DNA from: Cyanophora paradoxa CCMP329
Lineage: Eukaryota > Plantae > Glaucophyta
Length of the DNA stretch: 64,000 nt
Direction: 5' to 3'
Assembly: GCA_004431415.1 (NCBI GenBank)
Contig: QPMI01000621.1
Coordinates: 124,001 to 188,000, forward strand
Shown: positions 8,398 through 21,199 of the stretch, piece after piece
Layout of the letters: each line of letters begins with the position of its first letter
Position numbering within the stretch: position 1 is the stretch's first letter
Translations under genes and position numbers: made by a program
The notes under the pieces: model-generated
What the model saw: the letters and a program-made list of their open reading frames with translations, nothing else
What the model was told of the DNA's origin: nothing
Databases searched by the model: none

Positions 8398-10927
8398 CGA
8401 AGAAAAGCCAGAGCTAGAGATACCATCAATATCAGAAGGAATTACATCACTAAGAAGCGGGGGACAAAATTGAGAAAGATAAATAACAGGAAGAAGACAA
8501 GTAAGAGGAACAACAAGACGACATGGAGGCGGAGGCGAAGCAGGACGATGCGAAAGGGCAGAGCTACGGCACGAGGTCGAGGAGGACACAGGAGGCGGAG
8601 CAGGCGGATCAAGAGCAGGCAAAAGGACAGTCAAAGGAATCACTAAAGCCGGCCGGGGTCGAGGCGGGCAATCGATATCGAACTGCAAACGACGGCGAAC
8701 AACAGGTCGAGCACGAGGACTATAGCTAGTATTGAAACTAACTCTAGCATCAACACTACGATCAGAATCCGAACCAGACCGAACTAAACTAGAAGACGAA
8801 GAAGTACGCCGGCGCCGGCGGGATACGATCGCGACCAGCGAAGCAGAAGACGAAGGCAAAGGCGGCAGTCCGGTATCAAGAACAAAAGCCGGAGGGTCCG
8901 GCCCGGCAAACTGCCGGGGGGAAGTAGAAGGAGCCGCAGGCTCGGCAAGCCGGCGACGGGTACGACCACGAGTCCGGGAGGAGATCGGGGAAGCCGGTCC
9001 CGGAGCTGAGGGCCCAGGAGCAGAGCCAGGAGAAGGTAAGCCCGGCGAGAAATCTGACCCGGAGCCGGAACCCAGCGAACGACGACGACGAAGAGGCCCC
9101 CGAGGAGCCACAACGGGGGAGCTACCGAGCAAAGTACTGACAGCCGGCGCCGAACACGGCGGCGGAGGTACCCCGCAGACAGTGGCAGGCGGAGAGTCCA
9201 GGGTCGATCGAGAGATCCGCCGACGGGAATGCGGCGGGGGCCGACGAGACGGAAGAGGCGAGGAGGGGGCCGAGGAAGGGTCGGAGGCAGGGGAAGGGCC
9301 GCGAGCAGGTGACGGGGATCGCTGCCGGCGCCGAAGAGAGGGCAGCGAAGTAGGAGAAAGGTCGGGTGGCGCCGGATCAGATGACACGGAGGTCATGGCC
9401 ATGGGCGGCGCAGAGAGAGACGAGCTCGAGGGCGCAAGGGCCCGACGAGGGCGCCGGCGGCGAATCTCACGAGCGCCAGGAAGCGGGACAGGACCCGCAG
9501 ATGGGACCCGAGGCGCCGAAGGGGGGGCAGGGAGCCGGAATGACGGGGAGACCGAAAAGAGGACAGTCTCGCCAACACTCGGAAGCGGGGCAGAGGCCGA
9601 GGACCCGTGGAATTATCTGGTTATCGCGAACGGGGAAGGCAACAAAAGTACCACTTGGGCCTCGAAGGAGAGCAAACGAGGCGTCCGGTCCGGACCACCA
9701 GAGATGCTGAGGCGGCGGTGCAGGGGCCTCGAGAACCTGGCGCCAAGTAGCCGGGAGCGCAGAGCACAGACTAGGGAAAAAGGAGTGGAGGGCGGAGGAG
9801 GCAGCTGCTGGAGCCCGGAACCCCCGGGCAGCACAATCCCAGATATCGCAGACCCGCAGCAAGCCGGACCGTGCACAGCGACTCCAGTCGACCTCGTCGC
9901 CGGGAGTACTGAACAGAGGATTGAAGAAAAGAGGTTGGGATAACACTTCGGGAGAGTTACGAGGTTGACACACGCCCTGGCGCTGAGCCCACTCGGAGAG
10001 AGTCTGCTTCCAAATAGGAGGCAAGTCAAGTCTGTCAAGTGGGAGGCGGAGCGAGACAAGGGCGGGGCCATAGGAAAAAGGTGCCAGCTGAGCGTCCAGT
10101 TTGCTCAAGAGGTACTCCTTCCAAGGAGCCGAACAAGAGGGGTCAGCGAGCAAGGCCACCCACTTCATTTTCAGCGATAACGAAAAAGCTCGAATATCCG
10201 GGCAGTTGAGACCACCTTGACGCCACGGCAGAGGAGAAATATACTTCGAAAGCTGCCCGCTCACGCCAGCAAAAGTGCGAAGCTTCTCTTGCCATGTCGA
10301 ATACTGAGCATCAGGGGGTCAAGCAAATATAGAGCATAATGTAGGGACCCAATAAATACAGCCCAGGCAAGGAGAACGCCGGAACGCATCGGCATGCGAT
10401 AAGTCTTCGCTTGCTGGACACGGATATCAAGAGCAGCGTTCTTTTTCCGCCAGAACCGAGACAGATCGGGCTCTAGTGGAAAGCCCAGGTATTTTCGAAT
10501 TTTTTCAGCGGGAGGGAGATCCGTCACCTGAAGACGCCGCCAGGGGCAGTCCTCGACGCTAGGCCAGGCATGTGCGGGGATATCGCGGAGTGGAAGAAGG
10601 CTAGATTTCTCGAGATTAATAAGAGCTCCAGAGAGCCGGCAGTATTTATCAAAGCACTCTTTCCAGAAAGGCAATTCGGTAAAAGTCGAGATTAAAGGAA
10701 CAGTGTCGTCTGCAAACTGGAGCACCTTGCAAAGAGAGCTAGAGGACAAGCGGACACCTCGTATACGAGCATCAGCATTAATCAAAAGGGCTAAAAGGTG
10801 TGTGCACAAATTATATAGATAGGGCGAAAGGGGGCCACCCTGACGTACACCGCATCGAATGGGGAAAGGGGCGGAGGTCCAGCCGTTAATGTGAACAGAA
10901 CCCTGCAGATCAGAGTAGAGCAGGCCA
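8398..10927 (-). mobile_element. Decayed, 5'-truncated L1/Tx1-type LINE (reverse transcriptase, frameshifted)
   Basis: GVRQGGPLSPYLY, QFADDT, INLEKS and KYLG motifs, then a frameshift near 10290 to LPWRQGGLNCPD..KMKW..WKEYL. A pyrimidine-rich 3' region follows, with no poly(A) before the LTR. Confidence 0.88.
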
Positions 10928-11509
10928 CTTAATGGACGGACCGTCGGACCGACTCGGACGTGCATAATGGACGCGGCAAAACCGGTATATGCATGAGCAC
11001 GGCCCTGGCCGGCCGCGCCTGCATGCACTCGCGATCGCCCTACCCGTGATCATGAGCAGCCGAGTCGGTCGACATCACTATCAGGCCCGGCCTTCCGCAG
11101 GCATTCGATCGAATTCGCAGATCGGAGCTGCTGACTACGATTATTAAGAACATGAACGGAACAGGGACACTGCTGTCGCAGTGGCCCTGTTGGAGGGAAG
11201 GACCTCTAAGTTCCGAGCCGGAACGGGCATGTTTAGCTATTTAGGTTACAATTACGAATTAGAGTCTGGATCACAGCAGACTGCGCCTGGCCCAGTGGCC
11301 CTGTGCAAGTGCGCCAAGTGCGGGCCGCGGGTGCAAGGGGGGGTACTTGTACACATTGCAGAGTACTTGAGGGGGGGGGGGGGGGGGGGCAGAAAGGCGA
11401 GGCGGGCGGGCGGGCGAGGCGGGCGGGATGGCGAGGCGGGCGGGTGCACGTGGGGTGGCGAGGCGGGCGGCGGCGGCGGCGGGCGGGAAAGCGGCGGCGG
11501 GAAGAGAGA

Positions 11510-12000
11510 CAGGTGGCGCCGGGCCCTGCGCATAGCCTGCACATACGCAGAGCCGAGGCGTCAGCTCGCCCCGGACAGAGGCGAGCGGGGGCGGGGCCCA
11601 GCGGGGACGGCCGGGTCACGTGCGCAGCAGCAGCGGAGGGGCGAACCTGGAGTCGACGAAGCTGAAGCATCCGGCGGGCGGCGAATTCGAAGCTGAAGTA
11701 GCCGGCGGGGCGGCGGGCGAGGAAGCGGGAGGGGCGGCAGGTGGCGCCGGGCCCTGCACATAGCCTGCGCAAGGCCGAGGCGTCAGCTCGCGCCAGACAT
11801 GCTGTACAGCGGCGGCGCGGGGGCGGGGCCCAGCGGCAGCAGCCGGGTGAGATGCGTAGCATGCGCAGCAGCGGCGGGGCGAACCTGGAGTCGACGAACC
11901 TGACGCAGTGGGCGGCGGCGGGCGGGGAATTCGATCGAAGCGGGTGGAGCGGCAGAGCCGAGGCGTCAGCGCGCCCTGGAGAGCGGCGCGCGGCGCGGGG
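11510..12000. repeat. Degenerate tandem repeat of about 228 bp (about 2.3 copies)
   Basis: caggtggcgccgggccctgc..gccgaggcgtcagc..ggggcgaacctggagtcgacgaa recurs at 11510 and 11738, with a partial third copy near 11953. Confidence 0.8.
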
Positions 12001-13135
12001 TCGAAGCCCAGCCCGGCGCGGCGTGATAGGGGCAGCTGCGAATACTGCGACGCCGCCTCCATCTGCTACGGCGCGGGTCGCTGGCCGCGCGCGCGCGGGT
12101 CAAGACACGCGTGCGTGCGCGTGCGTGCGTGCTCGAGGCACTTGAAGGGCTAGACAACGCCGAGCAGGAGTCTAGATCTGCTTGAACCGGAGTCCATCAG
12201 AAACCGAGCTCGAGAGGCCACAGCCGGGCGCGCACCGGAATGTGGCGTACGCGTCGCGGGCGCGCGAAGTGCTTGCAGCAGCGTGTGCGTTTGCAGCCCG
12301 GTCAGAGCACGGATGCGGCAAGATCTGCACCCGACCGATGATGTCAGAGCCGTCGGCGTCTCTGCATGTCCAGCGCGGGATTGCAGGGTGGCGCGCGAGC
12401 ACACCTTTCGTCTCGAAAGAGTGTGGCATGTTTGAAGGGATCGCAATCGCCGACCTCGGATCTGCGGGCGGCGGCCGGGGCGCTGCAAGGTTGCGAGCAC
12501 AGGCTGAACTCGGTTTCTTCAACTCCGCGCGCTGGGCCGAGATCACGCCCGCCGCGACGCGCCATGCTGAAGCTGGCGTTGTACCCAGCAAAAGCCGAAT
12601 TTCTCAGGAGCGCTTTTTTCCGGCGTCCGGTACAACAGGTACTTGAGGCGGCCTAGCGGGCCACCCTGTGCTCCTCCGGTCTCAGCATGTATGAGATGAA
12701 TTGTCGGGCTCATCACGCGCATGCAGGCGCACTTGGACCGGCAGATATACCGCCACTTGGTGAGGCGCTAGATTGCATTTTGTGAAAATGTGTTATTGCC
12801 CATTCCTGGTCGACCCGACGGGACCAGGATCTCCCGGAACATGTTTCCGGACTTCTAGGGGCATGCTTTGCTAGGAACCGGCGAGAAACCTTGGGTTTTG
12901 GGAGGTCGGGACATTTCATTTCGGCCTAGGTTGGGCACCCGAACACCCCCAAGTGGGGGAAGGGGAAGGGGGTCCTTCCCCAATCAAGGCTTCGCTTCAG
13001 AACAAGCTTAGCTGAGAGCTCGAGCTCGAGGGCTCGGGCTTCACCGCGCCAGGAAGAGGCCCTACGGCTACCCTACGGCTATCTAGAGAGCTAGAGTTAG
13101 CCTGGCAGGCTTCTTCACCGCGTCAGGCAGCAGCG

Positions 13136-14211
13136 CTAGTACATGGCGGCGATCTCAGGGCAGCAGAAGGCGTCGATCTCCACCAGCCGGGCCGCCCGCT
13201 CCCCCTCCCCGAAGAGCGAGTCCGCCCCGTCCGACCGCCGCGCGTACGAGAGCCCCAGCCGCGACCTGCCCGCCCGCTTAGAAGGAGGGGGAGGAGGGGA
13301 GGGAGAGGGGGAGGGGGGGTACTGCACCTGGCCTCCCTCAGGTCGCCGAACGCCAGGGTCCCCACCTCGGGGCCGGTGAAGCCGCCTGTGGGGTACAGCT
13401 TCGAGAGCGGCGGAGGGGTACGAGGGCCGGAGGGGGCTACCCATGACGGGGCTCAGTGGGGGGCCTATCACCAGGCCATCCGCGCCGAAATGCGGCCCGC
13501 CTGCTGGCAACTGTCAGGGGCACGATAGAAATGGAGAGGGGCTCCGGAGCGGGGAGGTAAAGGGGGAGGGGGAGGGGCTCGCTCGCCTCGGGCGTAGTCG
13601 AAAATGGCGGCACCCGGCCCGCCGACTTTCGGCAGCTGGATTCCCGTGCCCCGCTCAGAGGGGGGAGGGGGGGACGGGCGTGAGGGGGGTACGGAACCTT
13701 CTCCGGCTCTGCCGCCCCTTCGGGCCACCAGAACAGGAAGGCGTCGGGGGTCTGCGAGGGGCGCCGGGTCGGGTGGGCCAATCGGGAGAGGCCCCCCCCC
13801 CCGGGAGCCGAGCGCACGTCCGCGTAATCGTCGGTGGACTGCCAGCCCTTGGGGTTGAACGCGCCGAAGCTGCGCCCGCCACTCAGTGGGGGGCCGGGCC
13901 GGGGCGGGGGGGAGGGGAGAGGAGGGGGGTACCGCACCGTGCGCCCTTGCGGGTCTTCCCGACGATGACGACGGGGCCCTGTAAAAACATGCCATCACGA
14001 GGGCTGTTGGGCGAGGCGCCCCGGTCGGGCGCGTCGCGGGGGCACCTTGAAGTCGACGCGGAGGTGGAAGTCCAGCGCGTCGTACCCGTCCTTGGCCGCG
14101 CTGTAGCAGCAGCGTAGGGTGCGCCCCTCCAAGAACGTCGCCGCCAGGAGCGACGGCCCGAACGGGACCGGCACCTGCGCGCGGCGGCGGGCTCAGCGCC
14201 GCGCGCGCGCA

Positions 14212-14249
<38 letters not shown>

Positions 14250-14674
14250 GGGAGGGAGCGGCTCACGTCGTCGTGGTACTTTGATACGCGGTTCCTGAAC
14301 GTGTCCTCCTCGTCGCCTGGCATCGGCGGCGGCGCGGGGGCCTCCTCCCGCGCCCCCGCCGCGTCCTTCTTCTTCCCCCCGAAGAGGCCGTCGAAGATAG
14401 ACGCCCGCGGCGGAGTCGAAGCCGGCGCGTCGAGGCGCGTGCAGCCGGCGGAGCTTCGCAGCGCTCCCCCGCGCGCGGCGCCGGTACGCCAGCGCCGCAG
14501 CTGACCGGAGGCGGCGGCGGGCCTAGCAAGAGGGGCGCCCGCGCCGGCGCGCCCGCGCGGCGTCGCTGGGAGCACGAAGGTCGCCGGTAACGACAGGGGA
14601 ACGAGGCAGCCGCTGAAGGCGGCCGCGGCCGCCGGCGACGGCCGCGGGTCGGCCGTCGACGTTCTTCGATGCAT
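13136..14674 (-). CDS. Plastid-targeted TLDc-domain protein (multi-exon)
   Basis: Transit-peptide-like N-terminus. Exons give DGYDALDFH, FGAFNPKGWQSTDDY, DAFLFWWP, LPKVGGPGAAIFDYAR, GPHFGADGLVIGPP, SRLGLSYA and FCCPEIAAMY, matching the plant/algal chloroplast TLDc family. Confidence 0.88.
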
Positions 14675-15094
14675 GCCCGCACGCCCGCTTGTCCTCAGCT
14701 CGCTCTAACAAATGTTCGGCGCAGCTGCCTTCGTAGCTGTCGTAACTGCCTGTCCGGCAACGCCAAATAACACTTCGTTCGCACCTCCGAAACGACTGCA
14801 GCGCGCGGGTACGGTGCTCCAGCTGCTGCAGTCTATAGCTAGCGGCAGCTCTAGGGCGATGCGGCAGGTCGACGAATCGATGCGCCTCCTTATAATTAGC
14901 GTACACCCGGACCTTCGGGCGCTTGATCATGAATAGATGCAGCTGGGCGCTTCCCTCGACTCGGCGACGCGCACTGCCTTTGCCACACTACCCATACAAG
15001 TATTGAAGCTAGAGCGCAGATCGATCTAGAGCGGGCCCTCCGCGCCCCTCCCCCCGCGCCTTCAAGGCTTCGTACGCGTCGGATTCGAAGCCGC

Positions 15095-15335
15095 CCCGCC
15101 CGGGGGCGATCGCGAGCCGCCGGCGCGCGCTCGGCGGGCGCTTCTGCGCCCCGCGCGCACCGGATCTGGAGAGAGCAGGGGCTGAGGCGGAGGCGCGCCG
15201 GCGCCCCGGCGGCGCGGCGACGGCCGGCGCGCGCGGCGACGGCGACGTCGACGGCGACGGCGCCGGCGACGCGGCGGACGGGACCGGCGCCGCCCCGCCG
15301 CCCCGCTCCTCGCTCTCCGATCCTCGAGCTCCTCA
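15095..15335 (-). pseudogene. Decayed duplicate of the SNM1 last exon
   Basis: Collinear with 23430-23635 (gcgagccgccggcgc, cggcgggcgcttct, gcggacgggac, ccccgccgccccgctcctcgctctcc). Confidence 0.75.
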
Positions 15336-15737
15336 AGGGGCCGGCCGCGGTAGGTATTAATGGCACGGTAGGTATTAATGGTATACGTAGGTATTAATAC
15401 TAGGGGCCCGGCCGCGATTTTCGCGCCAGGGGTGCAAGGGGGGAACCGGGATCTAATGATCATGAAAGAGTCGTAGTGGCACGAACATGCACGGGGCAGA
15501 TCTAGATCGACCCCGGCCCAGCGCGCGCGGCAGGTTGAAGTGTAAAGATAGATACAGATTATATATGATTGAAAGAAATAGAAAAGACCCATTCAGACGC
15601 TGCGATCAAACCGAATAAAGAAAAGGCTCAATGAAAGGCCAGATTCAGCGCACTGTAGAAGAAAAATTGTTCTGGAGCGAAAAAAAGCTGCGCATCAACT
15701 GTGTTCGCACGGCCTACCGCTAACCCTGAACAGCTGG

Positions 15738-16310
15738 CTAAAAGATGATGGTGCTGTCTGCAGAGGGCTCGCCGTAAACATAGGCGATCCAGGCCTTCTG
15801 GAGGGGGTCGGTGCGGAAGTCGGCCATGCGGGTGAGCGGCAGCCAGCGCCGCCGGTCCTGAAGAGATCCCTCCTGCGAGAGCATGGTGAGGCGGCCCGCC
15901 GCCTCGAGCGCCTGCAGAGCCACGCGGCTGGCGCGCTGCTCGCTCCCGCCGCGCATCTGGTAGACAAGGTCTTGAATTTCGATATCCGCGAGGCCGGCGT
16001 CACGGAGGCGCTTGAGGACTCCCATGTGGAGGTCCTCGATCGCAGGCCTGCAGTAGCAATCATGAACAGAGGTCAGCTAAGGGCGGTCCACTTTTTTGAA
16101 TCGTTGCGCATTCGACAAAGCGAACTACGAAGCGATCCTGCCGTGCAGCCGCGAGTGCTTCGACGGTCGCTAACGCGAAGGCGACGGCTTGCTTGCGCGT
16201 GGGGGGAAGCCAGCGCGGTCGGGGAGCTCGCGGACGAGGATGAGCAGCGGCTTCTCAGCCGGTCCGAGCACGGACACGAGACCGCCGACGTCGGGGGCCG
16301 CTTCTGACGG
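15738..16310 (-). CDS. Hypothetical protein (probably two or more exons)
   Basis: Protein-like frames GGLVSVLGPAEKPLLILVRELP and GVLKRLRDAGLADIEIQDLVYQMRGG. No family recognised. Confidence 0.35.
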
Positions 16311-19300
16311 CCAGCTGGACGCAGCGTGCCGGTATCCGTCCGGCGGGAGCACTAACGTGACGGCGGCCGCACAAATGCCGGCACTGTGATGCCGGAATAG
16401 ACATGTCCGGAGGCACATTCTGCGGCGAGCACTTCGCACGCTTCACGTGCCGGTCGAATGACAACGTGTCGTTGAAGGGCCGCTTGCAAATATTGCGAGA
16501 CATCTTATGGAAACGCTCTGAGGAATAGCATTAAACACAATTGCAAGGTGCCAAACAGCGCACCGGACTCCAACGCGGGCCGGGATGTTCGAAACTGAGC
16601 CGTTGAACTTCCCGACTCACCGACGGTTCCGCTACTCGCAAAATGCCCGAAACTGAGTTTTCAAAAGCGCTAGCGGCCCGGCGGCGCACACAGACGACAG
16701 CCGGTCCGGATTCTGTTCAACGGGAGCGCCCTGCGCGGGGAAATACGTACGTTATCCGATACGTGCTTGTTAACGACTGCAGCTAAATTGCAACTGCACC
16801 CACTTGAGCGCTCCGAACGTGCTGCCGGACATGACGAAACAAGTGCTTGCGCAAGCAGAAGTGTTCACGGGCTCCGTCCGGACAATGTAAGCAAATGCCG
16901 CCCGTGCACGACGATGAGAAAGTGCAATGGGCGCTCTGCAGCAGGAAATCTCGCCCGGGCACAAGGTCCGATGCAGCTGTCCGTCCCATCTAGATCTCGT
17001 CTGAATATATTAATCCGGCTAGGGAACGGCTTCCGCTCAGCTGCAGCTGCAGCCGCCGGCCCGGCAAGGCTCGGATCCGGAGCGACCACGCTAAACTGAA
17101 GCCTGATCCGTCACGAGCGGCAAGCGGTGTGCAGCGGAGCGCCGTGCCCAGCAACCGAGCTGGACTGCTGGCCGGGTGGCAGGGCAAGGGCAACGAAGAG
17201 AAAGGCGTACGCGACGCACTGCGAGGAAGCCGAAGTCTAGAGGAGACAGCTACGGAGAACTGGTTCCATACAGAACCGCGCAAGGAATTAGAAGACCGGA
17301 GTGAGAGAGAAGTTATATAATTAGTTTTCCCCTCGAAAACCACTTTTCCCCCTCGACTTTCACGCTCGAAAGTCGAGGGCTGACCGGTTCACCGAGCCAA
17401 TCGGAACGCGAATAAGCCCCATTTTCGTTGCAAGCTGGCCCTCGAAAACGGCCTCATATAAAACTTTCGGCTGAAGCAAGGGAACGGGAAGTAAGGGGGC
17501 CCCCTTCCCCCCTTGCAGTTAATGGCAGGCTTGGCAGCCTGCCATGCATGGCCAGCAGGTCAGCCCTGTGAGGCTATTCAATGATTATTATAGACGGGTT
17601 TAAACTCAGACGTTTGCCCACCCACGTGCACCAAGATAGACGTGGACGTCGACAAAGTTAGACGATCGCGAGGTCACGAGGTGCTGCATGGCCGCTCCAT
17701 ACAGACGGTACTATGGTTAGTATGGTATACGTATACCCTCATGATCATCATGCCGGCGCCATGATCATGATCCTAATGCACAGTTAGGCGGAGATTTAGT
17801 TATAATTAGACGAACGGGTTACCTCGTCTATCCGCGCCTATATTATTACCCCTCTAAAATTATAGCCTTCCAGTAATTAGAAAACGAATTTCGAAGCTTA
17901 AGCCTTGAAGAAGTTGAAGCTTCCAGCCGGCGCCTTGAAGAAGTTAAAGCTTCCGAAGTTCCAGCCTGGCAGCCTTGAGTCTGGGACTCTGGGCCCTGGC
18001 CCAGTGGGGCCAGCCTAGGCCAGTCTCGGCCCTCTCGCCGAGTTGGGACTCTCGGACTCTGGGGGCCGCGCCTCGGCGCGGGGCGTGATTCGCGTGAAGC
18101 GTACGCGTGTTTTTCTCCAAAACTTGAAACTAACTCCGAAGAGTCCGACGGTCCACACTAGTGCTGTGACTGAATCAGTCAACCCGAGGTTCATTCAGGC
18201 TACCGCGCAAAAGCCGGGGAAAATGACCAGGAATTAAATTGGCAGGAATTGACCCACTGGGCCAAGCGCGATCTATCTACTTCATTCAAGTTGCCACTGG
18301 GCCAAGCATCAGGCCAGGCACGTTATGCGAGCAGAGAGGACGAGAAAAGGAGATTCCGAACTTCGGAAAGTTCGGCCCCCGCCAGGCGCACGTCAGACTC
18401 CATTAGCATCTTACCATGCACATGGGCGATCTTTTGAAGATTTCCGCCGCGGCGCCGGACGGCGAGACGAGCGTGTGTTTTTCTTTTCGAATTTCGATCA
18501 CCAGCCGCCGCCGGCCCGCCGGACGGCGGAATACGATTTGCATTAGCCGCCGGACGGCGAGACGAGCGTGTTTTTCCTTTCGAATTCCGCCTTACGATCG
18601 CCGACCGGCGAGCCGGCATATGCATGCGCATGAGTCCGACGGTCGGCGGCGACTCGGCGCCGAGTCTGGCGGCCGAGACTCCGAGAGTCGGGCGGGACTC
18701 GGGCCCAGTCGCGATCGGCGGCCCGGCGGCGCCGGCAACTGGGCCGCAGACTAGCCCGCAGTACGCGTATACGGTGCTACTAGTGCCTCGAGCTCTCAAA
18801 GCCACTTATAAAAATTATTATAACTCCGGATCCCAGTTAGGCTCCCAAGAGCGAGCTAGCTCGCTCTTGGGAGCCTTAAGCTGGGAGTGCCCTATAAAAA
18901 GCGAGTTCGTCGCTGGTCTCACCACTTCCGAAGTTCTCACCTCGTTTCAAGGTGCGCCGCGAGCCGCATTCTTGGCCAGTTCGCAATTGCCAAACCCTGA
19001 TCATGAGGGTCGCTTCTTAGACCGTATACGCGCGCTGCCACCATGGGCAACGCCGGACCCTGTGCGTTTTCAAACACTTGGCACGCCGACGCGATCCACG
19101 CTGATGATCTACGCGTCGGAAATCAGACTACAAGTGCTTCTCCGGAGAATTTTGCCGGGGCAACCAGCTTGGAGGAGGGAACTATTCTGAAAAGAAAGAT
19201 GCGAAGCAGTGGTGCATCTCTAAAGGAGGCGTTTCAATGCCGCAGCAGGGCACATGCGAAACCTTCATGGAGGTGGTCAATTTCGCGAGAGCGATGGCGA

Positions 19301-20399
19301 AGCTGGTGCCCCAAGCGCCCAAGCCACCAACACATACTTTCGACAGCATTGGTGTATACCGGCGGGGCGCACTGCGTCTCTGCTGTGTTGTCTGCGTCCG
19401 ACCGTGAGGGGCGGCTGATCCTGAATAAGGTTCAAATCCCGGAAACCGACTTCGAAGGGCTCCGAAATGCCTCTAGTCCGGGCGGACCCCATAGCGGCAC
19501 TCACCTTCGAGGTGTGGGCCGTCCAGTGCGTCATAGTAACGCGCAGAGGGAGCAGGCTGCGGTTAAGGGTCATCATGCCCGTCGTGGCCCGGTCCGATAA
19601 CCCCGAGAGGGGAGCAAATTTAAATTTTGTTTTTTTGTTGGAGGCAGAGGAAGCGGTTCGTTCGGAACTATTACGTATATATACGCTCAATATGCGACTC
19701 CCACGCTGATTAGTGCAACCACGCGCAGATGCTCGATGCGCATGCGCAGGGCCAAGATGCGGCGATCGAAGTCGTGGCTTGCAATTGATTCCGGTCAACT
19801 TCATTATCATCATGATCAGCGTATACGTAGCGCGCAACTCAATTATCAGCTGCAGTCAGTGGCTCGTATGCGTAGCGAATATTAAGCTGGCTCTAGATCT
19901 TGCATGTCGGCTCGCTAGCTATTGCAATACTGCATGCTGATTGCAATTGAAACCTGGTGACCAGAGGACTGCTATCGATATACAAATCTTTCTTGCAATT
20001 AGATCTAGAGGGGGTGCATGCATATGCATATGAGTAGCGCCCGAATTTCGTACCTTTCTAATCCGCTGCACACTAGAGCAATCTGCCTCTGTTCCCCACC
20101 CGGCAATTTCAGTGGCAATTTGCTGCGCTCGCTCCCGGCCCGGCGGGCCGGCTGGGACCATGCCATGATGACCAGGACGTCCTTCAAGGCTTGCAGCATT
20201 AAAATATTTGGACGATACCACCTGTGCTGGCCGTGCCAGACCTCCGAGGCTCGGCTCTTCGAGAAACATAGCCCCTGCAGCTGGAGCATCCTCCGATCGC
20301 GAGGCTCAACAGCTAGCATTTTAGCCTTTAGACAGCGCTTCGCGATCGAGATTCAGCCCCGACATTTACAGACCTCATGATCAGCGACTTTTGGTAAGT

Positions 20400-20690
20400 C
20401 GAGGCGGCCCGAGCCTCGGAGCCCCAGCCGCGGCCCTGGCCCCGCCCCGCCGAGCTGCGCGCGGACCGCCGTCGACGTCCCCGGCCCCGCCCCCGTCGGG
20501 CGCCTCCTCCGCTGCCTCGCCCCCGCCTTCGACTGGGCCGACGAGCCTCGAGCTCGGAGAGGGCCGACGAGGGCCTGGGGGGCCGACTGGGCGGCCTCCG
20601 CGGCTGCTGACGTCGCCGCCGCGCCCTCCTCCGGCCGGCCGCCGGCGCCCTCGCGCCCCTCGCGCCCCTCCAGGGTCGCCGGGTCGGGTC
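20400..20690. repeat. Dispersed degenerate repeat, copy 1
   Basis: Collinear with about 22720-22970 (ccccgcccccgtcggg..ccgctgcctcgcccccgc..ggggccgactg..ccgccgcgccctcct). Confidence 0.75.
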
Positions 20691-21199
20691 CCTCATGAAC
20701 CCTTCCCGCACCCCGGGCCCCAGGGGCCACGTCCGACCGGCCCCCTGCCGCCAGGGCCGCTCCGTCTTCCATTGCACCCACCGCCCCGGCCCCGGCCGCG
20801 GATAGCGCACCTCATGATCAGCCGGCGACTGGACCGGAGCGGCGCATTCGCGGATCCGGATCCCGGAGCATGCGCAGACAGCGGCTACGGACGTCGACGA
20901 GGCGAACGGGGCAAAGATCCTGCGTGCCCTCGCTAGCGCTGCGGCCCTCCTCGCCCTGTACATGTGCCGCCCCGGCCGTCCCTGACCCGCCCTCTTTGAT
21001 TGTCATCATGATCAGTGGCGGGTCGCGGGCGGCCGCGGGGCTGGCCATGGTCAAGGGGCGAGGCGCGGGTCGAGGCGTGCAGCGAGCCACTCGTCGGCGA
21101 TTCGGATCGTGAGAAGACGCTGCAGCCTGCTGCAGCATGCATATGAGCCGCGCGCGCCCATGCCAGCACGCGGGCGCCGACGGGGGTCTGAATTGCGGA

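Noticed and set aside
14212-14248. Long G/C homopolymers (also about 42036-42066 and 61795-61977) as functional G-quadruplex elements
   Set aside because: They are intronic low-complexity runs whose lengths are unreliable in assemblies, and nothing specific supports a function.
12950-17520. Possible inverted ends (caag..gggggaagggg..gcttcag) enclosing the TLDc gene
   Set aside because: The similarity is short, gapped and G-run dominated, and no TSD is seen.
18049-18689. Old MITE bounded by gactctcgga inverted repeats, with internal direct repeats
   Set aside because: The ends are too degenerate and no TSD is identifiable.
18950-19700. Protein-coding gene after a TATAAAA box
   Set aside because: The frames are broken and no recognisable domain is present, so a call cannot be supported.
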